In this document: positions 1 to 9,874 of the stretch, piece after piece
Layout: each line of letters starts with the position of its first letter
How positions within the stretch are numbered: position 1 is the first letter of the stretch
Assembly: GCA_965116885.1 (NCBI GenBank)
Contig: OZ220741.1
Location: 704,001 to 768,000 of the forward strand
Source of the DNA: Candidatus Latescibacterota bacterium
GTDB taxonomy: Bacteria > Latescibacterota > UBA2968
Direction: 5' to 3'
Length of the DNA: 64,000 nt
Notes under the pieces: generated by a model
Seen by the model: the letters and a program-made list of their open reading frames with translations, nothing else
Databases searched by the model: none
What the model was told of the DNA's origin: nothing
Program-made: the position numbers and the translations under genes

Positions 1-2
1 CC

Positions 3-242
3 GTACCCTTAATCATGAAAGCCGGGCAAATCTCCATCCACTCCGACCTGTTGCTACACGGCTCCAGACCCAACACCTCACAACGGCGTCGCTGCGGCCT
101 GACCCTGCGCTACATGCCCCCCGAAGTCCGCACCCGAGAAACCGACCATTCACCTGCGGTCTTATGCCGCGGCATTGATCCCTCCGGCTATTGGCAGCAC
201 ATCCCCCGTCCCGACGGCGACGAAATCCCGAAAAGAAAGTGA
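3..242 (+). CDS. Phytanoyl-CoA dioxygenase (PhyH) family Fe/2OG oxygenase, C-terminal part (starts before window)
   Basis: Open frame from the window edge; KAGQISIHSDLLLHGSRPNTSQRRRCGLTLRY matches the PhyH distal His plus 2OG-binding Arg region. Confidence 0.85.
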   Translation, partial: VPLIMKAGQISIHSDLLLHGSRPNTSQRRRCGLTLRYMPPEVRTRETDHSPAVLCRGIDPSGYWQHIPRPDGDEIPKRK

Positions 243-248
243 AACACA

Positions 249-1055
249 ATGATGACCCCTGAACAACGCTACCTCTTTGACCTCAACGGGTACCTGCACC
301 TGCGCAATGCCCTCTCTGACGACGAACTGAGCGCCGCGCGAAAAGCCGCCGAACGCTACGTTACAACCCCCGAATCGGAACTACCCGAAGGCTTTGGCAA
401 AGACGGCAAACGCCACCTGCACGGCTTTGCATTCGACAAAGCACTCGAACGCCTGACCATGCACCCCGCAATCTGGCCCATCGTCACAGAACTCACCAAT
501 GGCCGACCCCGCCTCACCAGCGGCACGCTTCAGGTCAACATCCCCGACCAAATCGACAACGCACTCCGCCTGCACTGCGCCCGCGACGATTTCGGCTGGG
601 ACGCCACCCGCTACGAAGTCCGCAACGGACGCATCTTTTGCGACAACACCGTCTGCTTCCCCTACCTCACCGACGTGCATTCGGGCGATGGGGGTCTCCT
701 CGTCGTCCCCGGCTCGCACAAAAGCCTGTTTGACCGCCCCCGGCACCTCTTTCAAAACGGCCTGATCGAAAACCGCGACCACATCCCCGAAGGCGTGGTC
801 AACATCACACCCAAAGCCGGCGACATCGTCGTCATGAACGAACTCGTCACCCACGGCGCCCTGCCCTGGACGCCAAAAGATCGCATGCGGATGATCCTCG
901 TCTTGCGCTATCACCCCCAATACGCAGGGAGATCAGAACTGCCCCAGGCCATTCAACAACGTCTCTCTCCAGAAACGCTTGAACTCACAGCACGCGCGGG
1001 GTATCAGGACCAAAAAGAAATCGCAACACAGAACAACATCGCGCTTACTGTATAG
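249..1055 (+). CDS. PhyH-family Fe/2OG oxygenase with HxA (halogenase-like) metal motif
   Basis: FDLNGYLHLRNAL N-terminus, GGLLVVPGSHK, KAGDIVVMNELVTHG; the first metal motif is LHCA rather than HxD. Confidence 0.85.
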   Translation: MMTPEQRYLFDLNGYLHLRNALSDDELSAARKAAERYVTTPESELPEGFGKDGKRHLHGFAFDKALERLTMHPAIWPIVTELTNGRPRLTSGTLQVNIPDQIDNALRLHCARDDFGWDATRYEVRNGRIFCDNTVCFPYLTDVHSGDGGLLVVPGSHKSLFDRPRHLFQNGLIENRDHIPEGVVNITPKAGDIVVMNELVTHGALPWTPKDRMRMILVLRYHPQYAGRSELPQAIQQRLSPETLELTARAGYQDQKEIATQNNIALTV

Positions 1056-1057
1056 GT

Positions 1058-2440
1058 TCATATCACTGTCTGTTTCCATCTGCCCTTTAGATAGGATGCC
1101 CAGACCAGAACGCCCTGGATAATGCCACCAATCAGCCAGGCAATCCAGATACCGAGGGTATCCATCCCAAACAGAAAAGATAGGACATAGGACAACGGCA
1201 ACATAACTATCCATTGCGCCAAAATCGTGTAATAGAGCGGAGGCTTGGTCTCACCGCCACCCGCCAGAACGCCTGCGGACACGATGGACAACGCTGAGAA
1301 AACCTGTGCAATCGTAAAAAACCAGAGCATGACATAGCCCATATCAATAACCGCTACCGAATCGGTGAACAGATCGACGATTTCACGGGCGAAGGCACAA
1401 ATAATAATCGCGCAAACAACGACAAACACCATACAGAGCCGGATCGCACTTGACCCAAAGCGTTCCGCTTGCGGTATCTGCTTTGCGCCCAATCGCTGGC
1501 CAACCAGTGCGGTTGCCGCTACGCCAAAAGCCAGTGCTGGCATAATGCCGATCATCCGCATCTGTAGCCCAATCGTCAGCGCGGCAACAGCAGTCGTGGG
1601 CTGCGAGGTCCAACTCGCCACCCGATAAAACAGGATACGTGCGCCATTGCGGAAAAATCCCTGAATCCCCGCCGGCACCCCGATTCGCATCATCCGCCCG
1701 ATAATATCGCGGTTAAAAGACAGACGCCAGGTCCAGCGCATCTGCACACGCGAGCGCCCGGAAGTAAGCAACCAGAAACCCACAATACAACCCACAGCCC
1801 GCGACGCGAGCGTACCAACTGCAGCACCACAAACCCCCATCTGCGGCAGCCCCCAGGCGCCAAAGATCAAGCCATAGGTGAGGGGAAGCTTCAAAATTAT
1901 GATAAGACACGAAATCTTCAACGGCGTTCGGGTATCGCCAGCACCGCCAAAAATCGCACTGATGAGATAATTGAGCATCATAAAAATGACGCCGGCAAAG
2001 TAGATGCGCAGGAACGGCACGGCATGGCTGAGCACCTCGGGCTGTGCACCCAGCAAAATCAACGTCGGCCGGGCGATCAAGCCCCCGAGCAAGGCCATCA
2101 CGACGGCCAGCAGTGCCCCCATCAGAATCGCCTGTTGCGCCGTATGGCTGAGGTCCTCGTGGCGCTCGGCCCCGTAAAATTGGGCCACCAGAGTACGCGA
2201 CCCGGTGCTGATCGACATCGCCATGACCATCGTCAGAAACAGAATTTGCCGACTGAGTCCCACCGCTGAAATCGCAGCCGGACCCAGCTGCCCGACCATG
2301 GAGATATCGATGAGACCCTCCATGGCATCGAGCATCGAAGCGGCCACCACGGGCCAGGCAATAGCCCAGACCTGGGGCAGAACAGGCGTCTGATCTATGG
2401 GAGTTGCAGGCGTGCGGGAAGCCGATCCGGATTGGGGCAT
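1058..2440 (-). CDS. MATE family efflux transporter
   Basis: 460 aa, about 12 hydrophobic segments, D.SMVGQLG..AISAVG, GAGDTRTPL, GVCGAAVGT, LVGQRLGAK. Confidence 0.92.
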   Translation of the reverse strand: MPQSGSASRTPATPIDQTPVLPQVWAIAWPVVAASMLDAMEGLIDISMVGQLGPAAISAVGLSRQILFLTMVMAMSISTGSRTLVAQFYGAERHEDLSHTAQQAILMGALLAVVMALLGGLIARPTLILLGAQPEVLSHAVPFLRIYFAGVIFMMLNYLISAIFGGAGDTRTPLKISCLIIILKLPLTYGLIFGAWGLPQMGVCGAAVGTLASRAVGCIVGFWLLTSGRSRVQMRWTWRLSFNRDIIGRMMRIGVPAGIQGFFRNGARILFYRVASWTSQPTTAVAALTIGLQMRMIGIMPALAFGVAATALVGQRLGAKQIPQAERFGSSAIRLCMVFVVVCAIIICAFAREIVDLFTDSVAVIDMGYVMLWFFTIAQVFSALSIVSAGVLAGGGETKPPLYYTILAQWIVMLPLSYVLSFLFGMDTLGIWIAWLIGGIIQGVLVWASYLKGRWKQTVI

Positions 2441-2448
2441 GGGTGTGC

Positions 2449-4164
2449 TCAGTCGGCAGTTGGGTGGGAAATAGTGGGAAGCGAGAGCCGCGAAGGATAG
2501 TCTGCCGAGTGATGTACGGCATTCGTCGCCCTCACCAGCTCGGTATCAGCCAGATCGTTCCTTCCCGTGTTGTGATTGCGGTCGTGGTTGGGGAAATCAC
2601 TGGATGTGATCTCCAGACGAATGCGATGGCCCGGTTCAAAACGACAGGCCGTTGGACCGAGTTGGATGCGCAACTCCACCACCGTCCCCAATTCCAACAA
2701 CTCTTCACTATCGAGGCCATTGCGGTGACGCGCGCACACCATGCCGTAGCACATCTCCAGCGCGGGCGCCTGGTCCCCGTCTGTGGGCGGGTACTCATCC
2801 ACCAGGCGTGCAAAAAAATCCGTATCTGGCGCTGACGAACTGACAAAGAGGACAGCTTCTGGATAGCCAGCAATCTCCACGGCCTCAGTCAGGGGCGCAG
2901 AGCGGTAGCAGAGGATGTCATCGCGATCTTCCAGCAGACGCCGGTCCGACGGACCCGTAAACAACTGCTTCGTCCACAAAGTCGGCACCGGGTCGTGAGG
3001 ATCGTATTCAAAGCGATCAACACCGTCATTTCCACCGTCGGCAGAGAGCTGCCCGGAGCCGCCAAATCCGGCATTGCCATCGCTGCTCAACAAATACGCG
3101 CAGGGTGTCGTATTCGGCGGCCAGGTATCGGCCTCGCGCCAATATCCCCTTTTCCCCGCCATCGCGAAATAGCGCACTGCTGGCTCGTCATCAATACCAT
3201 TGTCGTCTTCTTTGAGCCAGTAGTCGAACCAGCGGATGATCATGCCCGGCAAATCGACCTCGGCATCCGGTCCAAAGTCGAACCCCGCCACCTGCCGGTG
3301 ACCGAGACTCGGATGGTTCCACGGGCCGGCGACCAACTTTGTCTGCGACCGCGCTTGCTCGGTGCGACCATTGCGCTGCATCAGTTGCAAATGCCGCATC
3401 GAGCCATTGCAGTGGTCGTACCAGCCGCTAAAATCGAGATTTGGCACCGCGACTTCCCCGTGTACCTCGTCGAACCGCCATGCCCGCCGGTTTGGATGCG
3501 CCAGCCAGTCTCTCGCGTACTCCGCCAGCCCCGGCGGCAGGTGGCGCGGGAAATCGAGCCACGGCAAGTAGTCGAGCCACTGTTTTTCGACATCCTCGTT
3601 CCACTCCTCCAGCGCATCCGCTGGCGTATGCGGCGGCGGCAATCCATGACGTCGCCGAAGATCCGGCGCCATAGAAGTGAGCCACCACTTGATGCGCCGT
3701 CCCGGCCGGAACCCACCCGGCCAATCCACCTCTGTCAACTCCAGGGGAATCGTGTACGCACACATCGCCAATAGATGCGGCGGGCGCAATTTGGCCAACT
3801 GCCACTGCATCCAGGCATTATAAGAGGCGCCCAGAGTACCCACCCTGCCATTGCACCAGGGCTGCGCCGCCAGCCACTCCACAGAGTCGTAGCCATCTTC
3901 GGCATCCCCCGTATGCGCCTCGGTAAACGGTATCCAATCGCCCTCAGACCCGTAGCGCCCGCGCGAATCCATACTCACCACGGCATAACCGGCGCGCACG
4001 TAACGCTCAAATCCGGACTTTGGACGACCGTACGGCGTACGCAACAAAATCCCAGGAAAGCGCCCCGCCGCATCGGGGCGAAACACATGTGCCGCCATCC
4101 GCACCCCATCGCGCATCGGCACCCTCACATCGGGTTCAGTAAGAATCTCCATAGCATTGTTCAT
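2449..4164 (-). CDS. CocE/NonD family serine hydrolase (X-Pro dipeptidyl-peptidase-like)
   Basis: VPMRDGVRM, RTPYG, DSRGRYGSEG, nucleophile elbow GASY, GWYD, GPWNH, C-terminal GHRIRLEITSSDFP. Confidence 0.92.
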   Translation of the reverse strand: MNNAMEILTEPDVRVPMRDGVRMAAHVFRPDAAGRFPGILLRTPYGRPKSGFERYVRAGYAVVSMDSRGRYGSEGDWIPFTEAHTGDAEDGYDSVEWLAAQPWCNGRVGTLGASYNAWMQWQLAKLRPPHLLAMCAYTIPLELTEVDWPGGFRPGRRIKWWLTSMAPDLRRRHGLPPPHTPADALEEWNEDVEKQWLDYLPWLDFPRHLPPGLAEYARDWLAHPNRRAWRFDEVHGEVAVPNLDFSGWYDHCNGSMRHLQLMQRNGRTEQARSQTKLVAGPWNHPSLGHRQVAGFDFGPDAEVDLPGMIIRWFDYWLKEDDNGIDDEPAVRYFAMAGKRGYWREADTWPPNTTPCAYLLSSDGNAGFGGSGQLSADGGNDGVDRFEYDPHDPVPTLWTKQLFTGPSDRRLLEDRDDILCYRSAPLTEAVEIAGYPEAVLFVSSSAPDTDFFARLVDEYPPTDGDQAPALEMCYGMVCARHRNGLDSEELLELGTVVELRIQLGPTACRFEPGHRIRLEITSSDFPNHDRNHNTGRNDLADTELVRATNAVHHSADYPSRLSLPTISHPTAD

Positions 4165-5048
4165 CGCACAGGCTCCGTATCAATAGTACCCATCGGCACC
4201 TCTATCAGATCCTCTCCGAGGATCACCTGACCGTCGAAAACCTCTCCCACCTCGTGCAGCACCCGCTCCCGCACGCCGGGCGTTTCCAACTGCTCCGTCA
4301 GATGAACGAGCACCAGCGTCTCCACACCCGCATCCCGCGCTGTAGCCGCCGCATCGAGATGACCAGAACAACAACTCGTCAGACGTTCGTCATCGACCGC
4401 GCCATTGATGAAGTGGCACATGTGCAGCAGCACATTCGCACCCCCTGCCAGATCCGTAAGCCGATCCACCGGCGCTGTATCGCCGCCGAAGACGATGGTA
4501 CCATCAGGTGTGGTCAAACGATATGCCAGACAGGTAAGCTGGGGCTGCACGTGTACCACCTCTGCCACATCGACCTGCCAGCCATCGGTCTCAATCCGAT
4601 CTCCGGATTCGACCTCGCGCACCTGTGGATTGGGCCTCTTCCGAGGCATAACGCCGCCGCGCGCCTCGTACACAAAATGGCTACCCGGGTGCAAAGTGCG
4701 GGCCGCCAGATCCGGACCAAAGGCGCCATCGGCGGAAAACAACCGGTGCGCCATATGCGCTGTTGGTGCCGGGCCGTACACCTGCAACTCCGGTATCTGG
4801 CCGACGCTCTGATCCCAGCGCGTCAGCACCAGATAGGCAAAATCAATACAATGGTCGTAGTGCAGATGGGTGAGGAACAGGTAGTCAATCGAAGGCAGAG
4901 CAAGCCCCGCTTCGAGCATGCGCCGCACCGACGCCGGACCGCAATCGAAGATCAGGGTCTCGTCGCCCGTCTGGACGAGATAGCTGGAGCCGCCGCGGTG
5001 CGCGAGCGGGGCAGGCGTGCCGGTACAGAGAAGTTGAAGTCGCGTCAT
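4161..5048 (-). CDS. MBL-fold metallo-hydrolase (RNase Z/arylsulfatase-like)
   Basis: LLCTGTP, DCGP, THLHYDH, GDT, LVLVH; start set at MTRLQLL (5048). Confidence 0.88.
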   Translation of the reverse strand: MTRLQLLCTGTPAPLAHRGGSSYLVQTGDETLIFDCGPASVRRMLEAGLALPSIDYLFLTHLHYDHCIDFAYLVLTRWDQSVGQIPELQVYGPAPTAHMAHRLFSADGAFGPDLAARTLHPGSHFVYEARGGVMPRKRPNPQVREVESGDRIETDGWQVDVAEVVHVQPQLTCLAYRLTTPDGTIVFGGDTAPVDRLTDLAGGANVLLHMCHFINGAVDDERLTSCCSGHLDAAATARDAGVETLVLVHLTEQLETPGVRERVLHEVGEVFDGQVILGEDLIEVPMGTIDTEPVR

Positions 5049-5123
5049 CTCTTTTATCCTATTTTGCAATTCATACACACAGACAATATCCGACAAACCT
5101 CACCAAAGCGCAATGCCAACTCT

Positions 5124-6152
5124 TCATCCTCTGTGCAACCTTCCCAGAACCCTCTGAGCCACGGTCATATTGAACTGATGCCCACCGTCGAACCGATCCA
5201 CAAACAGATCCTCTATAGCACCTGCAGCCCGATACGCCTTCCGAATTCGCGCCAGACCGCGCGCTGCCCAATCGTGGGGAATAAGCCGGTCCTGCGTCCC
5301 AATCTCAATCACCATAGGCCGGGGCGCAATCAGTGAAAAAATCTCCGGCGTATCGCCATATCGGAGCAGACCGGGAATCAACTGCGCGCCGCACTGACTC
5401 AGAGCCTGGTAGCGCTCCTGGTACAAATTCATACACCCGGACGGCACCGCGATCTCAATCCGGGAATCAAAAGCCGAAATCATCATCGTCATCCGCCCCC
5501 CCAGCGACAGCCCCGCGCACCCCAACCGATTCCCATCGACAAAATCGAGCCCCTGCAAAACATCCAGAGCAGCCTCCAGATCGCAGAGATGGAGCGCCAC
5601 CACAGTAGTACCCAGCAAAGTAGCGCACATATAATTCCTGGGACAAAAATCAGTCCGTGGACCGGGATAGCCGGGCCTACGCTCCCCAAACCCTCGAAGA
5701 TCCGGAGCGAGAACCACATAGCCCTGTTCTGCAAACCCGTGCCCAAAATTGTAACTACACTTATCGATCTCAGCCTGCCGCTCCGACGTATCATTAAGCC
5801 CCACCACGCTATCCTTCCCAAAATGCCCGTGCCCGTGAATACACAGAAGACCCGGTGCCTTATCCCCCTGCGCCAGACCCTTTGGCACCAGGAGATAAGC
5901 CGGCACAAAAACCCCAGGCTCCGTCTGATAGGAAATCCGCCTGCGCACGTACAGACCGCAATCAATCTCCTCCTCAAACTCAAGACAAAGCGCAGCCCGT
6001 TCGGGCCGCGGGCCAATCAGCCCGGTCAGCACATCTCGAAACGCCTCCTGCCAGGCGTAAAAATCCTCCTGAGTCGCACCCTCAAACAGAAGAGACGGCT
6101 GCGCCTGATCGATCAAACGGGAAAGATCGTCTTCAAAGGATATAGGTCGCAA
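5124..6152 (-). CDS. Alpha/beta hydrolase (dienelactone hydrolase / acetylxylan esterase-like)
   Basis: HGHG, APDLRGFGER, GLSLGG nucleophile, LIAPRP, DGGHQF. Confidence 0.85.
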   Translation of the reverse strand: MRPISFEDDLSRLIDQAQPSLLFEGATQEDFYAWQEAFRDVLTGLIGPRPERAALCLEFEEEIDCGLYVRRRISYQTEPGVFVPAYLLVPKGLAQGDKAPGLLCIHGHGHFGKDSVVGLNDTSERQAEIDKCSYNFGHGFAEQGYVVLAPDLRGFGERRPGYPGPRTDFCPRNYMCATLLGTTVVALHLCDLEAALDVLQGLDFVDGNRLGCAGLSLGGRMTMMISAFDSRIEIAVPSGCMNLYQERYQALSQCGAQLIPGLLRYGDTPEIFSLIAPRPMVIEIGTQDRLIPHDWAARGLARIRKAYRAAGAIEDLFVDRFDGGHQFNMTVAQRVLGRLHRG

Positions 6153-6167
6153 AAAATCCTCCTTTGC

Positions 6168-7064
6168 CTAATCGCGCGCTCCCCGGATAGGATGAATTTC
6201 TCGAAACTTCTGGAACTCCCAATAGGCGTGGTCTGCCGCGTACCCATTTGGAACCTCCTCTGTCTTATCCAGCCGCTTGTACGCCACACGCACATGGAGC
6301 ACCTGCGGTTCATCCACGGGAAGCGCGTTCACCTGCCAGTTAAAATCCCACGCAGGACTACTCTGCCCCGGAACAATTGATCCACCAGCACCCGAAGGAG
6401 AAAGATAGAACCGAAACCCCGGATAATCGTCCGCCATAATCAAAAACATCATACTGCGAATAATGCCAAAATAAAAGGGATAATCAAACGTATGTCCCGA
6501 ATCCGAATGGCTGAAGTTCCGCTTTCCATTCAGGAATGCCGTAGCTGCATCTCGCCCCCAGGGTTCGCGTTCATCCACCGGCAGATCAGTCGGAAAAATC
6601 ATCGCCCCCTGTCCGTGAATCGGATTGTAATAATAGGTCCACAACCCCTTCTCGATAAAATGAATACCGCCATCCAGCGGAGAATTGACATAGCAACACC
6701 AGCCAAAGGAATAGTCTTCCTGTGGACTGTGCCCCTCTCGGGCCGTGGCAGTCATCTCATAGTCGATATAATATGGCGGAACCAGTCGATAGACCCCCCG
6801 CGTCTCCACAAAATTATTGGCCTCTGACGCCTCCTTAAACAACTCCACCGCGGTCTCATCTACCCGTCGCACCGCGGGCCGTCTTCCCCGGTGGTGACCG
6901 AAAAGCAGCACCCCATTTCCCTGAGACACAGCGGTATGACCGTCTTTGATCGAAGTCAAAAACCAGACCCCGCTGTGCTGATCCTGTCCAGCGCCGTGGT
7001 CGGTATCGTCTCCAATAATAGCGCGCAATTCGCCAGCAGAAATAAAATAACATGGCTCAGACAT
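6168..7064 (-). CDS. Hypothetical protein (aromatic-rich, possibly beta-sandwich)
   Basis: About 298 aa ORF with AAAGGAGA RBS before ATG at 7064; first gene of the minus-strand run 7064-1058; no family recognised. Confidence 0.7.
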   Translation of the reverse strand: MSEPCYFISAGELRAIIGDDTDHGAGQDQHSGVWFLTSIKDGHTAVSQGNGVLLFGHHRGRRPAVRRVDETAVELFKEASEANNFVETRGVYRLVPPYYIDYEMTATAREGHSPQEDYSFGWCCYVNSPLDGGIHFIEKGLWTYYYNPIHGQGAMIFPTDLPVDEREPWGRDAATAFLNGKRNFSHSDSGHTFDYPFYFGIIRSMMFLIMADDYPGFRFYLSPSGAGGSIVPGQSSPAWDFNWQVNALPVDEPQVLHVRVAYKRLDKTEEVPNGYAADHAYWEFQKFREIHPIRGARD

Positions 7065-7304
7065 TGGTATTTCTCCTTTTGAAATAACAAACCGCGGACT
7101 ACTGATAAGGTACCCACCAAAACGGGTCATGTCCAGTTTTCTGTCATCGGTATATAGCACACAACACCGCGTTGCCACTGCGTGAACACTATGCAAAATC
7201 GGGCTTGATAAATTCGATTCTCAATGTACCTTCATTGTATCTACTACTCAAAGGTGAAAAGATATGGAAACCCGTGTGCAGAAATGGAGCATATGAGAGG
7301 AACT

Positions 7305-8402
7305 ATGGACCGGGAGAAATTGATCAACATAGCCGTAATAGGCGCGGGAAACATCGCCACACGGCACCTCGAAAACCTCGCATTTATCGGCGGCAATCGC
7401 ATCGCCGCGATATGCGACCTGGACGAAAACCTGGCACGCGCCAAAGCCGCTACTTACGGGGCGCGGGCATACACAGATTGGGAAAAAGTCTTTGAAGAAG
7501 TCGAAGACATGGGCGCTATACTCATCTGCACACCTCCCGTTCTTCGCAAACCGATCATACAGGCCGCCGTACAACACAATGTGCCCTTCCTCTGCGAAAA
7601 GCCCCCCGCCCAATCCCTGCGAGAAGCCCGTGAAATCGTCGCACTCCTGCAGAACACCAGACTAATTCACAGCATCGGCTTTAACCAGCGCTACGCGCCC
7701 TCTGTAGATCGATGCCTGGAGCTACTGGAAGGTAGGCAGATCAATCTGGTAGATGCCGCGGTAATCACCAGCCCGGGATTGACCCGCAACCTCGGAGCTG
7801 ACTGGTTTTATCTAAAAGAAAAAGGCGGATCACTATTCGACAACACGATCCACACTCTCGATGTAATCCGCTATATTGCAGGTGATATTGACGCAGTACA
7901 CGCTCTTGGCAGCAACCTCACGATTCCGATCAGCGACAGCTTCACAATCGAAGACAGCATGTCGATCAACCTTCAATTTTCCTCCGGAGCGATCGGCAGT
8001 GTTCTCCTCTCATGGGCCTGTGCACAAAGGCAGAACGACCTCACCTTCTTCGGCAGAGATATTCGGCTTTCGCTTTCCACCATCCCACCCAAAATTGAAG
8101 GCCTGGTTGGAGCGCCAGGTGAAAAACCCAAAAGCATATCCGAACAATTTCCACAGGGACCGGCCATGGGGCGAAGCGGCGAAATCCATCCCAACCGACG
8201 ACCGCAAGACCCACCCGACTCCCCACATTTTGAGGAAATAGAAGTATTTCTGGACGCCATCCGCAATCCCTTATTGACCTCTGCAATCCGATCGGATTTC
8301 GCAGACGCAGCCCGCACCACAGCACTGCTCCATGCCATCGAAGCTTCCATAGCCAGCGGAAATGTAGAAAAGGTATTTCCCATAACAGAGGATCACCCAT
8401 GA
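7305..8402 (+). CDS. Gfo/Idh/MocA family NAD(P)-dependent oxidoreductase
   Basis: IAVIGAGNIA Rossmann motif, CEKP, GFNQRY, DNTIHTLD; GAGG RBS before ATG 7305. Confidence 0.92.
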   Translation: MDREKLINIAVIGAGNIATRHLENLAFIGGNRIAAICDLDENLARAKAATYGARAYTDWEKVFEEVEDMGAILICTPPVLRKPIIQAAVQHNVPFLCEKPPAQSLREAREIVALLQNTRLIHSIGFNQRYAPSVDRCLELLEGRQINLVDAAVITSPGLTRNLGADWFYLKEKGGSLFDNTIHTLDVIRYIAGDIDAVHALGSNLTIPISDSFTIEDSMSINLQFSSGAIGSVLLSWACAQRQNDLTFFGRDIRLSLSTIPPKIEGLVGAPGEKPKSISEQFPQGPAMGRSGEIHPNRRPQDPPDSPHFEEIEVFLDAIRNPLLTSAIRSDFADAARTTALLHAIEASIASGNVEKVFPITEDHP

Positions 8403-9865
8403 ATACTACACCAGACATAATCTTCATCTGTTCCGACCAGTGGAACGCGCGCTACCTAAGATGCGCGGGACATCCGCAAGTACAAACCCCGCACCTCGAC
8501 ACACTCGCGGCCAGCGGCTGTATCTTTGACGCGGCCTACACGCCATCGCCCGTATGCATGCCAGCGCGCGCATCGCTCGCCAGTGGCCTCTACCCGCACG
8601 CGCACGGATTCTTTTGCAACTACACCGGCAAACTATTCCCACCCGAACAAGTCACCCTCTTCCGCTGCCTGCAAGAAGCCGGTTACACCACCGCGAAAAT
8701 CGGGAAATACCACTACTTCAGCCTGGAATGGGGCCAGGACTATGAAGACTACCGCGACTACTACGACCAGCTCGGACTGGACTGGGCCGAAGAAACCTCG
8801 ACACCATTCCAGGGACCCTTCCTGAACACGGGCTACAGCCGCCTATTAAAAAAAGAGGGACTCCTCGACACCTTCATCACCGACATTGGCGACCGATACG
8901 TAGATGGACAATACACCCCCCGGCCCTCGCCCCTACCGCCAGACATGACGCCGGACGGCTACGTCTGTCGGCAAACCCTGGCATACCTCGACCGCGCCCC
9001 CACCGACAAACCCCTATTCCTCTTCGCCAGCTTTCCAGGACCCCATCCACCCCTGGACGCGCCCGGCAAATACGCCAAAATGTACGACCCCGCCGATATC
9101 GTCCTCCCAGAAAACTACAACGAAAAACGCTGCAAATACGGTCGCCAGGCCATCGCCGAAATGACCGCCCAGTACATGGGCAAAATCACCCATTTCGACG
9201 ACCGCGTAGGAGAAATCATAGCCGCCCTGAAAAAACGCGGCAACTGGGAAAACACCGTCATCGCATTTACCTCTGACCACGGAGAACGCATGGGTGAACA
9301 CGGCCTCGTCTCCAAAACCGGCTTTGAGGAAGGATCCGCGCGCGTACCCTTCATCATCGGCGGACCAGCCGCGCCCGTCGCCAGCGGGCACCGCAACGCC
9401 TCACCGGTCTCATTCCTGGACCTGTTCCCCACCTTTCTGGACATAGCGGGTGCCGAAATCCCGGACTATTGCCAGGCAACCTCGCTCCTGCCCATCGTCA
9501 GCGGCGAGACCGACAGCGTTCACGACGCCGTCTTCTCTGAAATCTCCCGCAACGACCAGTTCTGCTACATGGTCCGCGACACCCGGTGGAAGTGGTCCAC
9601 TCAGGCCCAAAATGAACGCCTGTACGACCTGCAGAACGACCCCCATGAAATGCAAAACCTGGCACAATCGCCCGCACATGCAGACACAGCCCAGCGCCTC
9701 CGCAACAGACTACTCACATTTCTCACCGACACACAACTCAACCACGCCCGCGGGTACAAACCCCTGTTCACCCGCATCGGCATGCAATTCCCAACAGAAG
9801 ACCCCACAGACAGAAAACGCATCATTCGCGACCGCCTGCGGCAAGTTCACAAGCATCAACCTTAA
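8399..9865 (+). CDS. Sulfatase (formylglycine-dependent, choline-sulfatase-like)
   Basis: PDIIFICSDQ, CMPARASLASG (CxPxR), GKYH, PHPP, TSDHGE, LYDLQNDPHE. Confidence 0.93.
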   Translation: MNTTPDIIFICSDQWNARYLRCAGHPQVQTPHLDTLAASGCIFDAAYTPSPVCMPARASLASGLYPHAHGFFCNYTGKLFPPEQVTLFRCLQEAGYTTAKIGKYHYFSLEWGQDYEDYRDYYDQLGLDWAEETSTPFQGPFLNTGYSRLLKKEGLLDTFITDIGDRYVDGQYTPRPSPLPPDMTPDGYVCRQTLAYLDRAPTDKPLFLFASFPGPHPPLDAPGKYAKMYDPADIVLPENYNEKRCKYGRQAIAEMTAQYMGKITHFDDRVGEIIAALKKRGNWENTVIAFTSDHGERMGEHGLVSKTGFEEGSARVPFIIGGPAAPVASGHRNASPVSFLDLFPTFLDIAGAEIPDYCQATSLLPIVSGETDSVHDAVFSEISRNDQFCYMVRDTRWKWSTQAQNERLYDLQNDPHEMQNLAQSPAHADTAQRLRNRLLTFLTDTQLNHARGYKPLFTRIGMQFPTEDPTDRKRIIRDRLRQVHKHQP

Positions 9866-9874
9866 AGACCAACC

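Noticed and set aside
4254..5336. Long antisense or alternative-frame ORFs (also 1713-2522, 2995-3774, 11154-11933, 16308-17189, 45958-46785, 46970-47758 and others)
   Set aside because: They overlap well-supported genes, lack motifs, and are expected from GC-rich codon bias
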